Shown here: in pieces, positions 36,369 to 48,500 of the stretch
How positions within the stretch are numbered: the first letter of the stretch is position 1
Layout of the letters: each line of letters starts with the position of its first letter
Origin: Paragordius varius
Taxonomy: Eukaryota; Animalia; Nematomorpha
DNA: 64,000 nt
NCBI GenBank assembly: GCA_964247055.1
Contig: OZ176059.1
Span: 930,001 to 994,000, forward strand
Direction: 5' to 3'
Notes under the pieces: generated by a model
The model's database searches: none
What the model saw: the letters and a program-made list of their open reading frames with translations, nothing else
What the model was told of the DNA's origin: nothing
Translations under genes and position numbers: made by a program

Positions 36369-39300
36369 TCAAATTTCTTTGTTGGTTGGTGTAGCAGCAG
36401 TATATATTGGTTCAGCTTCACCATAATATGGTTTTACCCCCATGGAATAGTTTAAAACTTTTAGCATTGGGGCAATCTCACCAGCTTTTTCCATCTATTC
36501 ATATATATATTTATATTTATAGCGACACATTGGATAAAGTAATTTAACATTAAAAACAGTCGGACAAATTTTTGGCATATTTTAAGTATAAAATAGTCTA
36601 TAAAAAGAATATTACGCTCAATTAGATTTTTGTGAAAATTTAAAATAATGATATGTACTACGATAAAACCAAGCAAATATCCACAAACACATTTGTAATT
36701 AAAAACAATAAAAAGCTCTTTCCGTGTTTCAAAATTTTAAAACTATTAAACAAGCATCAATTAAACACATTTGTTAATTATGCCTAGATTTCACTTTTTT
36801 TAAACGACTCACAAACGGGCCTGATAATAAATTAATTCGGGCTATATTCTTCAAAATTCATAGTTAATTTACTTTTATTATATAATAAACACACTGTTTA
36901 AGATAATTTATGTAATGTTATACTATTTACTAAAATTCACAATTTATATAACACATACAATGTCTTTTGGCGTATTTGGATCTGTTGCCCAGCTATCAAG
37001 CCCGCGGTAGTTTATTGGTTCGATTACTTGATCACTAGACCGTTCTAACCTATAAATTAAATTTTTTAGCAAAAATTAGCAAATTAAACATAATGTTAAT
37101 TTAAAAACTAAAATAGAGTTATGATCAAAAAACTAATAGAGTTTATGATTTAAAAAACTAAAATCGAGTTAGGATTTAAAACGATTCTTACTTTGAAAGT
37201 GAAACACCATCTGGTTTTCCAACCCATTCATTATGATGCAATACACGCGGGTTCCATGGCACATCTAAAAATTGTAAAATGCTCCGAATCGTTCGATTGG
37301 GTTGTAGAACGAGCTGTTCATAATATACCGGTTTACAAATGGTTGGACCAAGGGTTTGACATATTTGATGCATTTGTTTAATGCCTTTAATTGTAAAAAG
37401 TTACGTTACATGCATGTTATTAAAGGAGGTATATAAAAAGTGTCATGTACCCTTTAATACATAGTAGTTATATAAATAAAAATTTCGACTTTGGATGCTG
37501 CGAATACAAATTAAATTCAAATATTTGTTAAAACAATGTGAAATTTATTAAAATAACACGATATTTGGTCTTATCTTCCGAGTATGTCAAAGCCAACACT
37601 TTAATTGTGCGAAATTTTATCTATAAGCTAAATAAATATATATAAGGAAAGTTAGGCCCATCTTAGTCATATTAAGCAGAGAAAATTTAAAAAAAAAATG
37701 AATTTAACCCTGAAAATGATAGATCTAATATTACCTCTATCCTAAAAATCATTACTTTACTTTTAATTAAAAAGCTCAAAGATGATAACTCATTGAATAT
37801 ATTTAAATGCCAATATACGAAAACAGGCATAAACCATTATTCCACATCCCAAGCGATTGTTTGTAATCATTAATATCCCAACCCGTTATGGTGACTTTGC
37901 GTGTCACCACAGAATGAACTACAGCTCGACCATCTCGAATCATAAAAATGAATTTGGAACGCGGGAAAATGCGATGGACAATATCAGCTGTTTTGAGGAC
38001 AAATGGATCTTTGTTACATAATCGTTTGCGTGCATTCGATAACAAGATAGATTTATAATTATTATTGGTGGTTTCTATGGGGTCAACAGGAGAGTTTACT
38101 AAAAGATTTTGTTCCCCCTTAACAGCTGATTTAAGGGAATTGAGATTACGAATAAAATCTTTGATGTTATTGTTATTGTCGTTGTTAAGCATATCATTTT
38201 CTTTGTTTGCATTTTGTATTGGTGGCTCTAAAATTAGATGATATAAAGCATTACCAGTAATATACCATTTACATTCCAAATTCACCCTCATACAATTTAA
38301 ATTCACCCTCGAACAATTTAAATTCACCCTTGAACAATTCAAATTCACCCTTAATCAATTCAAAGTTACCCTCGAACAATTCAAATTCACCCTCAAACAA
38401 TTCAAATACACCCTTAAACAGAAAATCCACCCTTAAACAATTCAAATACACCCTCGAACAATTCAAATTCACCCTCGAACAATTCAAATTCACCCTCGAA
38501 CAATTCAAATTCACCCTTAAACAATTCAAATTCACCCTCGAACAATTCAACTTCACCATCGAACAATTCAAATTCACCCTCGAACAATTCAAATTCACCC
38601 TTAAACAATTCAAATTCACCCTCGAACAATTCAACTTCACCATCGAACAATTAAAATTCACACTCGAACAATTCAAATTCACCCTTGAACAATTCAAATT
38701 CACTCTTAAACAATTCAAATTTACCCTCGAACAATTCGAATTCACCCTTAAACATTTCAAATTCACCCTTGACCAATTCAAATTCACCCTCGAACAATTA
38801 AAATTCACACTCGAACAATTCAAATTCACAATCGAACAATACAAATTCACCCTCGAACAATTTAAATTCACACTCGAACAATTCAAATTCACCCTCGAAC
38901 AATTTAAATTTACCCTTAAACAATTCAAATTCACCCTAAATATATATTATGTATTTTTATTCTAATATAACTCATCATTAATATGAAATATATTTTTACG
39001 ACATAGTTTATTAATTTTTTTTGCATTATTTTGATTTTAAACAGAATTTTATATTTTAAAAATATTAAAAAATAAATAAAGGTAATTTTTAATGTAGAAA
39101 AACACATAATGTATTTTAGGGTGAATTTAAATTGTTTAAGGGTAAATTTGAACTGAAAATGGTATATATAAAATATTAGCTGTACTAAATTACGGAGCAC
39201 AAGAAGTTAATGAATTTAATTTATATCTATCTAAATGCATTTATCCTAAAAAAATTAGAAAATGTTTTCAGATTGAAAAAACGGAAGTTAGCACATTTTA

Positions 39301-42300
39301 TATAAGAATGATCAGGGGTAAACCAGATTGAGTTACATGGTTTTGGCAATCCCAAAAATGAATAATTTAAAAATGTATACTTAAGTAGCTAAACTTTTAA
39401 GATTTATTTAAATATGATTTACGAGTGTAATATAATACAAATAATTGGCGGCGTTTTACATCGATTAATCTATACGATAATAATTAATAACTTTATCATT
39501 ATCAATAAGAAAAACTCAATTTTTAACAGAACAGCGACGGTTTTAAAAACATTAGGTTTTCCATCCTATGTCGGTATAGAACAGGTAAAATATATTTTTA
39601 CCCTCAAAATATTGAGAAAACATGTTCTAAAATGTGGGATATAAGATATTTTCACCAACTATAATGCCTTTTGCAGTAAGATTTGAATGTATGAAATAAA
39701 ACGTAAGGCGAGGAAAGTTTTACAGAGATTTCCTAATCAAAGTAAAAAATCTGGCTAAGGTGCTTGTCGTTCTAGGGCAAACATTAACGGACACGTCAGT
39801 GATGTATCCATATCCGATTTAAATAAAACCCGTTAAAATCAGAGCTATTTTTAAAATAAGGATCCGGTCTCGTACAATATTGTGGTGGATATGGCAATAT
39901 CGTATGAAAAAATCGCGACAAGTCATTTGCTATCTCAAGATATTAACCACACAGAATCAACCAACCAATGAATAAGTTGTAGAAAAGGACAATAATTCAA
40001 TGCCTACCTCACAGTTAGGTAAAAATATCCCAATTTTTAAAATAAGATTTTAATGAATTTTTATATAGATTTCAAACCTGATAGTATGGAAATGTGTTCT
40101 CTAGGTTATGCTTTTTTCATTCATTTATATTATTTTTTCACCCTGATAATGTATTGGTTATAATTCAATTCTTTTGATTTGATATTAAACATGCAGACAA
40201 GTTTTTGTTACAAATTTACAGATATCGCTGAACGGTTATTTAAAGAAATAATTTTACGAAGTAGTTATAATTAGACTATGTTAAGAAACGGTCTGGAACT
40301 AAACTGTTCTTTTATTAAAATTTTTTTATTAATTTCTTTTTTTAATAACAACCTAACTGAATGTATTTACGCTATGAGTAAGTATACATTGCTACCAAGT
40401 TATTGATTATTGCCAAATAATATATACAACAAAAAGCAGCATTATTGACTTATTTATTTTTTCACTTTTTACTATTATTAGCAGATAATAATTGTTAGCT
40501 GTATAGGCTATTTGGCAATAATTAATAACTTTTAGCAAATATATACTTAAAACTGTATAATTCTCAAATATAGCTTTATATCGTGCATGTTACCAATTTA
40601 AAAGTCTATTCCTTATTTAATACAAAACAATAGATTACGTAAAAAAAAGGCTCACAAAAGATGGTTGTGATTTATGATAAAATGTTAGCCATTTGGTTTA
40701 TAGGTTTTGTCTTTTTATTATGATTTAATTTTTACTCGCTCATTTTAATTTTGTTTTGTCATGTTACCTTGGCAGAACTCAACATTAAAACTAAAATCGC
40801 AATCTATGGAGAAGTTTTATTTACAATATTGTAAAAAGTCGACCCGACTGTAGCAACACACAAACACAATGATAGGATTTACATAATATGGTGGTATCTT
40901 TGTAAAACAATGTTTGCCTTATAGTTTTAGTTTTAGTTATTGTAGTTTTAATTTCAATTTTTACTGTTCATTCTAAACATTTCATTTGTGATAATAAAAT
41001 TCAAATTTTAAATTTATGATATCATACCAAGATTGCCAGGCACAACGTGTCTTTTGTTAAGTCGTGGGCCATTTTTATCATCAGAGTATACATTTTTTGC
41101 TTGGTAGTTTTTCATAGATTTTTCTTCCCCATTAAATCTTACGTAATCATTTGCTTCTTCATAGTGCCCATTTTGATTGAATAAAATGGGGTGGCCCTTC
41201 TTAACATTACCAGTTTCATATTCATTGCCAACATGGTTTAAATTTTGGTTACCATTCAGATTTAGTACATTACTTTCGTAATTATATTTTGCTGGATTCA
41301 TAGAGTTATTGAAATTTTCATCATTGTGAAGTAGGTAGGCATTTTGAGCAGTGGACGGGCCCATAAGGCCACCAAAATCGCCATAATGATTTACATTGCT
41401 AGAATTTATATAATTTTGTCCACCATGTAGTAGTTTGCTATTGCTAATATTGATATTGACATTAACATTAAGCATTGGGGGGGAAGAATGGTTTAGAAAT
41501 GTGTCTTGAACTGAACGTTCCGTTAAAATTGTTAAAATGAAATCGCCGATAGCTGAATCAAGGACCTCATCATCCATCCTGGCTTCTTTTAAACGGTTCC
41601 GTTCTACCTGTAGGTAAGTATTATAAAATTTATAGTAAGGAAAAAGGCAATATTTCCTAATTGAAATTATATGGACAGACAAAATGTAAAAATATTAAGT
41701 TAAAAAAATTTTTTTTAAAAGACTGCTGCTGTACTTTTGTAAATTTTTCTTTTTTAAAAAAATTGCAAATTGTGTAGCAGAGATGTATATTAATAGCACA
41801 ATTAATTATATGTAATTCTGAATTGTAATTAAATATTTATGATAGAAAAATTAAGGTTTAAAAAATTGGTTGAATATTTGTCTCTAGTACTTTACGTTTT
41901 TCCTGTACAAAATTAAGTTTTATTGCATTTGGTTGAGAATTTTTGCATCATGTTTTGACGCTCTACTAAAAATAAATCGATAATAATGGGAAATGGCATA
42001 TATATGCCATCAATATAGCTTATATTTTATATAATGCTCTTCTATAAATACCTGTGTAAAAATGTATACGATACTACAATACATGCAACATATTGCAAAA
42101 TAATTGAGATTTTTAACAATTCCTCATTTAGGGTAGAATTAAGGGGCCGCATTACACTAGGTTTATGTAATTTTTAGCCTTGTTTTAAATTGAATTAATT
42201 TATGATTTTGTTTGTTTTATGTTAACAAAAAAGAAAGTATTTTCATATAGTTTACTGCATTGTCGAACCAAATGTATTATCAATTAAACGAATTTCCAAG

Positions 42301-45064
42301 GCGTGGTACTTCGTTTATATTTGACGACAAAATCTTAAAATTAAAAATTAATATTAGTTAAAAAGTTGTCTCAAATTAAAGGGCTAGTTGGATGGAATAT
42401 ACGGTAATAATAGATTTTTATAAAAAGTAAAGAAATTAAAACTAAAAAAGTATTTTCTAAATATAAATAAATTACAACACATAATATATAAATAAATATA
42501 GTTTAAATTTTTCTTTTAGCCAGACAGTTAAAATGATTGGCGATGCGAATAATATGACAAATTTTATATTTAATTTTATTAAAAATAGGCAATATGTTGA
42601 TTATTACTTCGATTCGAATTAAGGTATCCAAATACCCAATACTAAAAGACTATATTGAAGTTGATATTTTTAATAAACTACTGAAAGAAACGGTAAATTT
42701 ATATTTTCCTTCTACCCTAATAAAAATTTAAATCAGCCAAAATATCTAAATAAAGTTGTTAAAAAAAATTCATATCAAACTGCATCGACGCCATTTTTAT
42801 TTTTTTAATTCTAAAGCTAAAATTCAAGCTAATTTTTTATTTAAATCATATCTAAAATTGATAGAAGAAAAAGTGGTTTATTTTGCATTCTTTTTCAATT
42901 TAGCCGATGAATGTTATATATGTGTAAACTTTTGCCATTTCAATTTTATCCATATTTTTTATAGTTTTTAATTTTAAACAGGCCTGGGGTATCCAACGAA
43001 CCCAATTAGAATCGGGGGACTGATATGAATGTGTTGTATCCAAGTGTTAAAACTCTGAACACATATTTTATAGGCAATACTTTGGTAAAGGGGGTTGGGT
43101 TTATTTTTATACCATTGTTTAGTCGAATATTTAATAACCTAGTTTGTAGCTTAAATTTATCAATTTGGCATATTCTTTTACCTTTAAATTTTTTTTCGGA
43201 TAAAATATCCATGAATTATAATCCACACCTTACAATTAAATTCCCATTATCATTATACATATACATGAAAGTTGATATAATTTATACTTTAAACGAAGTA
43301 TATATTCTAAGGATTAAATTTTTAGAGGGGTGTTTATAGTTTAATGCCTTATGACACCCGTTACTATTCAATAGTCTTACCGTAACGTATAAAAAATAAT
43401 CTATCTTAAATCTTTATCAATAATCATCGAAATTGATCACATACCAAAATATCTTATAGTAAAATGAACTAACCACAATACCTATGAAATCTTTTATCTG
43501 GTGTTATAACTAAATTACGATATACAACAGTGGTACTCACCAAAAAAACTTAAAGGAGCGCAAAAAAACAATTATCTTAACTCAAGGGGCCCATGCACCC
43601 ACCATTATATAATACCGACAAAAAATTCATTTTAAAGTTGTTTAAAACCCTTGCCAGTTATTTATTGTCAAAATAAGGTATATCAAAAAAATTTTTAAAC
43701 GTATATTCAGAGCCCCATAAAAAGAAGTACTTTTAGGACGGCCGCAGTTTGAGTATCACTGAGAATAATATAGCAAGGATGTCCAAAACTTATAATTTCA
43801 CGGGCCCGCATTTTTAACTCTGAAAAACGGCGAACCGCATTTTTTACACGAATAATATAACATTTTATCCAGTTTGCCAAATGAAAAATGGTCCAAAAAA
43901 TATCAATTTTACTAAGATTTTATGAACATATTTTCTGAACTAAAGTATTTCCAAATTTTTCACGTGCAACACAAAGAGTTTCAGAAGGCTGCATGTTAGA
44001 CACTCCTAACTTTGAGTTATTCAAGTTTAAATTTCAAATTTTTAAATGTTAAAAAAAAGTAATACTTTGGAATTTGACCAACTCTTTCGCATAAACAGAA
44101 CGCGTGGAATAACACGCGTTTCCTGACCACACCTCACGTCCGGATGAGCATCTAAAATGGCGCGCATAAGTGTCGTTCCGCTCCGTGGCATTCCGCCCAC
44201 AAAAATGATTGGTATATGTTTTCGAAGTTCATACTTCATACCCTGGGTCTCGATTAAAGCTTTCCGCAAAACTGCCACATTATCTAAGCTAGCTGGTACA
44301 GTATTAACAACAAATGGTTTGTTTTTGTCAACAAAGTTTATATCTTTATTCTTGTTGTCATTATATATTAAATCATTAGGATTATGATTATTATGTATAT
44401 AAGGGGCTTGATTACGCGGGTGAGCGGCATATCTACCAACATCATTTTGCAATAATTTGTTAGCGAGCGATTTTGTAAACGGCTGCGGTAAGTTTTTACT
44501 TTTATTACTGTTGTTGTTAACATATAAATTCATATTATTATTATTATAATTTATGTTGTAATTTTCTTCATCCCATACATCAACATCGTTCCCGCCAACA
44601 TGATTTTCACGGTTATTTTTACGGTTATTCAAAGCTATTGCGTTTGGGTGATGGCGGCCGTTATAACTGGGTAGTCCGGGTCGTCGCCCAAAATTAGCAT
44701 TAGGGTTAGGGTTAGTGTTAGACCATTTCATAGTGAAAAACCACCAAGAGGTTAACCATAAGAGTAAAGTAGCTATAACTAAGTTATATGTCGTTATATT
44801 AAAGTATTTACGTGTTAATAAGTTTGGGCGATATCGACAGGAGGCACTTAGGGGTGCGGACCAACCCCCGACCCCATTATGTAACATGTAAGATGATGAT
44901 TTTATCTTTGTTTGAGTTTTACTATTACCCAATGAACCATTCATGACATAGTTGGGCACAGGCGTTGTAGTTTTTTGCAAATTGTTTGTAAAACCATTGC
45001 TACTATTATTTTCCAAATTATTTTTATCAGGAATGCTTGTTTTCTTTGCTTGATTCGAATCCAT
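36369..45064 (-). CDS. TPST: Protein-tyrosine sulfotransferase (TPST), 6 coding exons, ~793 aa
   Basis: Exons (minus strand) 45064-44066, 41607-41028, 38227-37835, 37384-37192, 37049-36959, 36494-36369, all GT-AG and phase-consistent (2382 nt). Motifs: [98 protein letters not shown]. Signal anchor [20 protein letters not shown]. Confidence 0.93.
38261..39166. mobile_element. Foldback MITE family A, copy A11, left arm expanded to ~31-32 tandem 21-mers
   Basis: TATACCATTTACA at 38261, array to ~38938, conserved core, ~2 right-arm units and GGTATA at 39166. It lies in TPST intron 2 and explains ORFs 38269-38934, 38330-38965 and 38414-38650. Confidence 0.9.
40376..40548. mobile_element. Hairpin MITE family F; copies at 47851-48016, ~50205-50345 and partial ~63795-63910
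   Basis: AAGTATACATTGCTA..AAGTTATT.ATTATTG.CAAA is inverted as TTTGGCAATAATTAATAACTTT.TAGC...TATACTT. Confidence 0.7.
43528..44008. mobile_element. Two adjacent hAT-Buster MITEs (43528-43761 and 43774-~44008) in TPST intron 1
   Basis: CAGTGGTACTCA...TGAGTATCACTG (same termini as the 33715 element) and CAAGGATGTCCAA...TTAGACACTCCT. TSDs not recognisable. Confidence 0.65.
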
Positions 45065-45487
45065 GTTGTTGTTTCATAGGGATTATTGTAAAAAAATTTT
45101 GTTTGATAACTAACTAACTTTGTGTTGTCTGAGTTAATATAACTGTTATCTCCTTAGTTAGTATCCGCCCTTGTATGAGAAAATTCTTTGTTAATGTCAT
45201 TTTTACACAAGTCATACATTCTATGTAATAAAGAGAATTTGGTTTGGGTTGACTTGGCCTGTCTCACATTCGTAATGATATTTCTCCACTAAAACTAAAA
45301 ATTGAATTGAAATTCTATTAATTTAAGATTTATATCAGAATTTATTCTGTTTTTGGAGGCGAGATAAATTACACTGCTAAGATAGATATTCACAAGGCTG
45401 AGAAGCTATACGGACATAAAAATTGGATTATAATATAATATAAGATAAGACGAAAAAAAAAAGTAAAAATGAGACACCTTACGAAAA

Positions 45488-45520
<33 letters not shown>

Positions 45521-48500
45521 TGCATAATCATTAGCCTATATAATGGTAATTCATTTATATATGTACATACACTTATTTGTTAAGTCAACATTTAGATATC
45601 TAGCTATACAAGGGGAGAAGGGCGCCCCCAATGTGAAAAGTAAATACGCTTTCATATAATTTATATATGAGCACTATTTTGCTATTACTTTAAGACGTGT
45701 CAACAATTGAAAAAAAAAGAAAAAATAAAGATAATTTGGCTGTAAAATAAGTGTCTCTTTTTTATTGCTTTAGCAAAAACAATTTTTATAAGGATAAAAT
45801 CGTGAAAAGGTGTATTATAAACATTCATGACTCTCTATACGTTTTTTATACGTTTTTTTTAGCGTAATTTAAAGACTTTTCAATACAAGTTGCAAAATAA
45901 ACTTATATTTTATTTTTATGAGATACGCATTTTAGCCTAATTATTAAATTTATGGGTTGTGTTTTAAAAAACATTTATTTATCCAATCATATAAACCTTT
46001 GTTGAAAGAAGTTCGATATGTTAACTCATCTCCCTCCCCCACCCCAAAAAACGTATATTTTGGCTTCATTTTAAGTTCCACATAGTTTTTAAAAGCAAAT
46101 TTTTAGAAAGGTATGTTGATTTTGAATAGAATATAATAGCAAACAAATTAAAAATTTTTATATTTAATATTAAATAGAACAATGAGAGGAATAATTCCTG
46201 AATTCGAAGTCTAAAAGTATATGCAATAATTTTCATTGATTAAAGCCTTTCAAAATGGTAACACAAAAATTAAGGATTTAAAAATTATATGATAAAATAC
46301 AAAATTTTTATTATATGTTATTACTCGGATATATTAATAAAAATTAAAAAAAAGTTAACTCCCTGCAGCGATATAATAATTTTTGTAATATATACTTTTT
46401 TCACATATTATATAAGGCAAATTAAACACAAATAAAATTGTATTTTTATTTGTCAAAAAAAGTCAGTTAATAATCCAACTAAATTATGTGGCCTATCGCC
46501 AATCTTGATTAAAATTAACTGATAAATTATATTTAGAAGTAAAACACAATCGCAAAACATGAAAACTTTTTATTTCAATTTGCGACATTTTTGGACAAAA
46601 AGTAATTTTAATGTGTTGTTTATATAAAGACACGCTGTGGCACACACGTTCTGAGCTTTTAAAAAAATCAATAATTTCTTATTATAGCGTTTATAGAATT
46701 CAAAGAGACCACCACACTTATTTTTATGTCTTGCTGAAGGAAATGTAATTATATATATGCCTTGTGCAATTTTTTTAATATTTATTATGTAATACTGATT
46801 TTTTTTCATTTGATATTTTGACATTATGGGTTATTTAAGGCTCATAAATGACTTTTTTTTAAATATAAAATAAGGTGTGACAAATCAGGTGATCGAGATA
46901 CACAATAAAAATTTTGATAAGCATAACGCTATAACGCTTAAAATATAATATAAAAAAATTAAACTTTATTTTTCCAATTTTTTATATTAAATTCCCATAC
47001 TGTCACTATAAATCTGCATGAAAAATTTAAAAATATGTTTTTAAATATACAATAATATCTACTACATATTATTATAATAATCGAAATTTTAATATATATT
47101 AGATTAAAGACATATATTTTATTTTAAAAACAACCAGACTTTTTAAATCTATATTTATATCAATGTAACTCATTGTATTGAATGGCAAAGTGTGAAATAG
47201 AGATATATAATACTAACACAATCAATTTTAGATTTTACGATTGTAACTAAAATGCTTATCTGAGAAACATTAAGGTTTTAATAAGTATGGTTGTTGTCTT
47301 TTAGAAAAAAATATTTGTCTTTATATTTTTACCTTTTGTCTGTATAATTTCAATTTTTACTGTATAATAATAATTTTGGTATATATATAAATATGAAAAA
47401 TTTTGTACCTTTAAAATAGTTTAAACTGTAAAATAAATGGAGCCATGTACCGTTCATATATATTATTTGACCGATGAAATAATTATAGCAAATTTTACAG
47501 TTCATAGATATTTTTTTCATTTTCTTATAAAGGGTAATGTCTAAAATAGTTTAAGTACTCTTGAGAACTTAAACACATTGCTGTGCTGAGATGATATTGG
47601 AAAAATCCATTATATATTTTAAGTAATGATAAAAAAAATTTATTTTGGAATTTGCTTAATTTTTTTTAGATATAAAAATCAAAATTATACAGACAAAAGG
47701 CAAAAATAGACAAGTATTTTTTTCTTTTCAAAAGACCCTTTAACTTTTTTCCAACTTAATTTTTAAATTTAAATTATTGCAGGGTACGAAAAGAGTTGCA
47801 AATTGGTAGCACACTCAATTAACTATGGTAAAATTTAATTAAACAGTATTAGTAAGTATACATTGCTAGAAAGTTATTAATTATTGACAAAGAGTAAATA
47901 CAACAAGGAAAGTATTATTTTTTTTCACTTTTTACAATTATTTAGCCAATAATATGCCCTTTGTTGTATTTACTATTTGGCAATAATTAATAACTTTCTA
48001 GCGTTGTATACTTACTCAGACTGTAAACAATTTGAATAGAAAAAATTAAAGTTAAAAAAGTATGGTTGCTTTTATTTTAATTTGAATTTTTACATTTTTC
48101 TTGTATAATTTCAATTTTTACTGTATATATGTATTTAGTGTTGTTAATACATTTATAATTGCGTTTTAATAGCTCTATAATTTTATAATCATAAAATATA
48201 AATGTTCGATCAATATAAAGTAATAAGCTCGCTAAATTATTACAGTTAATACCACACATCATATCTTATTTCCTAGATTATATTTTATAAATTATACTAA
48301 AAGAGGAATGGAATTGCCAGTGTGAGCATTACAAAATGTAAAAATCAATATTTTTCCCCTAACAATAAATTAATATAATAATTGTAAGTTAAGTACACCT
48401 CTCCACAATCATATATAAATAAAAAATATAAATGTAGAAATAAAACCATTTTTTAAACAAGCTACAAATTTTATTATAATATTTATCATTATCGAGATTT

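Noticed and set aside
38270-38940. Regular short repeats as a CRISPR array
   Set aside because: The units are head-to-tail with no unique spacers, there are no cas genes, and the context is eukaryotic.
38269-38965. Long ORFs of 221 and 211 aa ((NLNCSRV)n, (LEQFKFT)n) as genes
   Set aside because: They are readings of the 21-bp MITE arm array inside a TPST intron. The same applies to 20959-21315 and 57076-57319.
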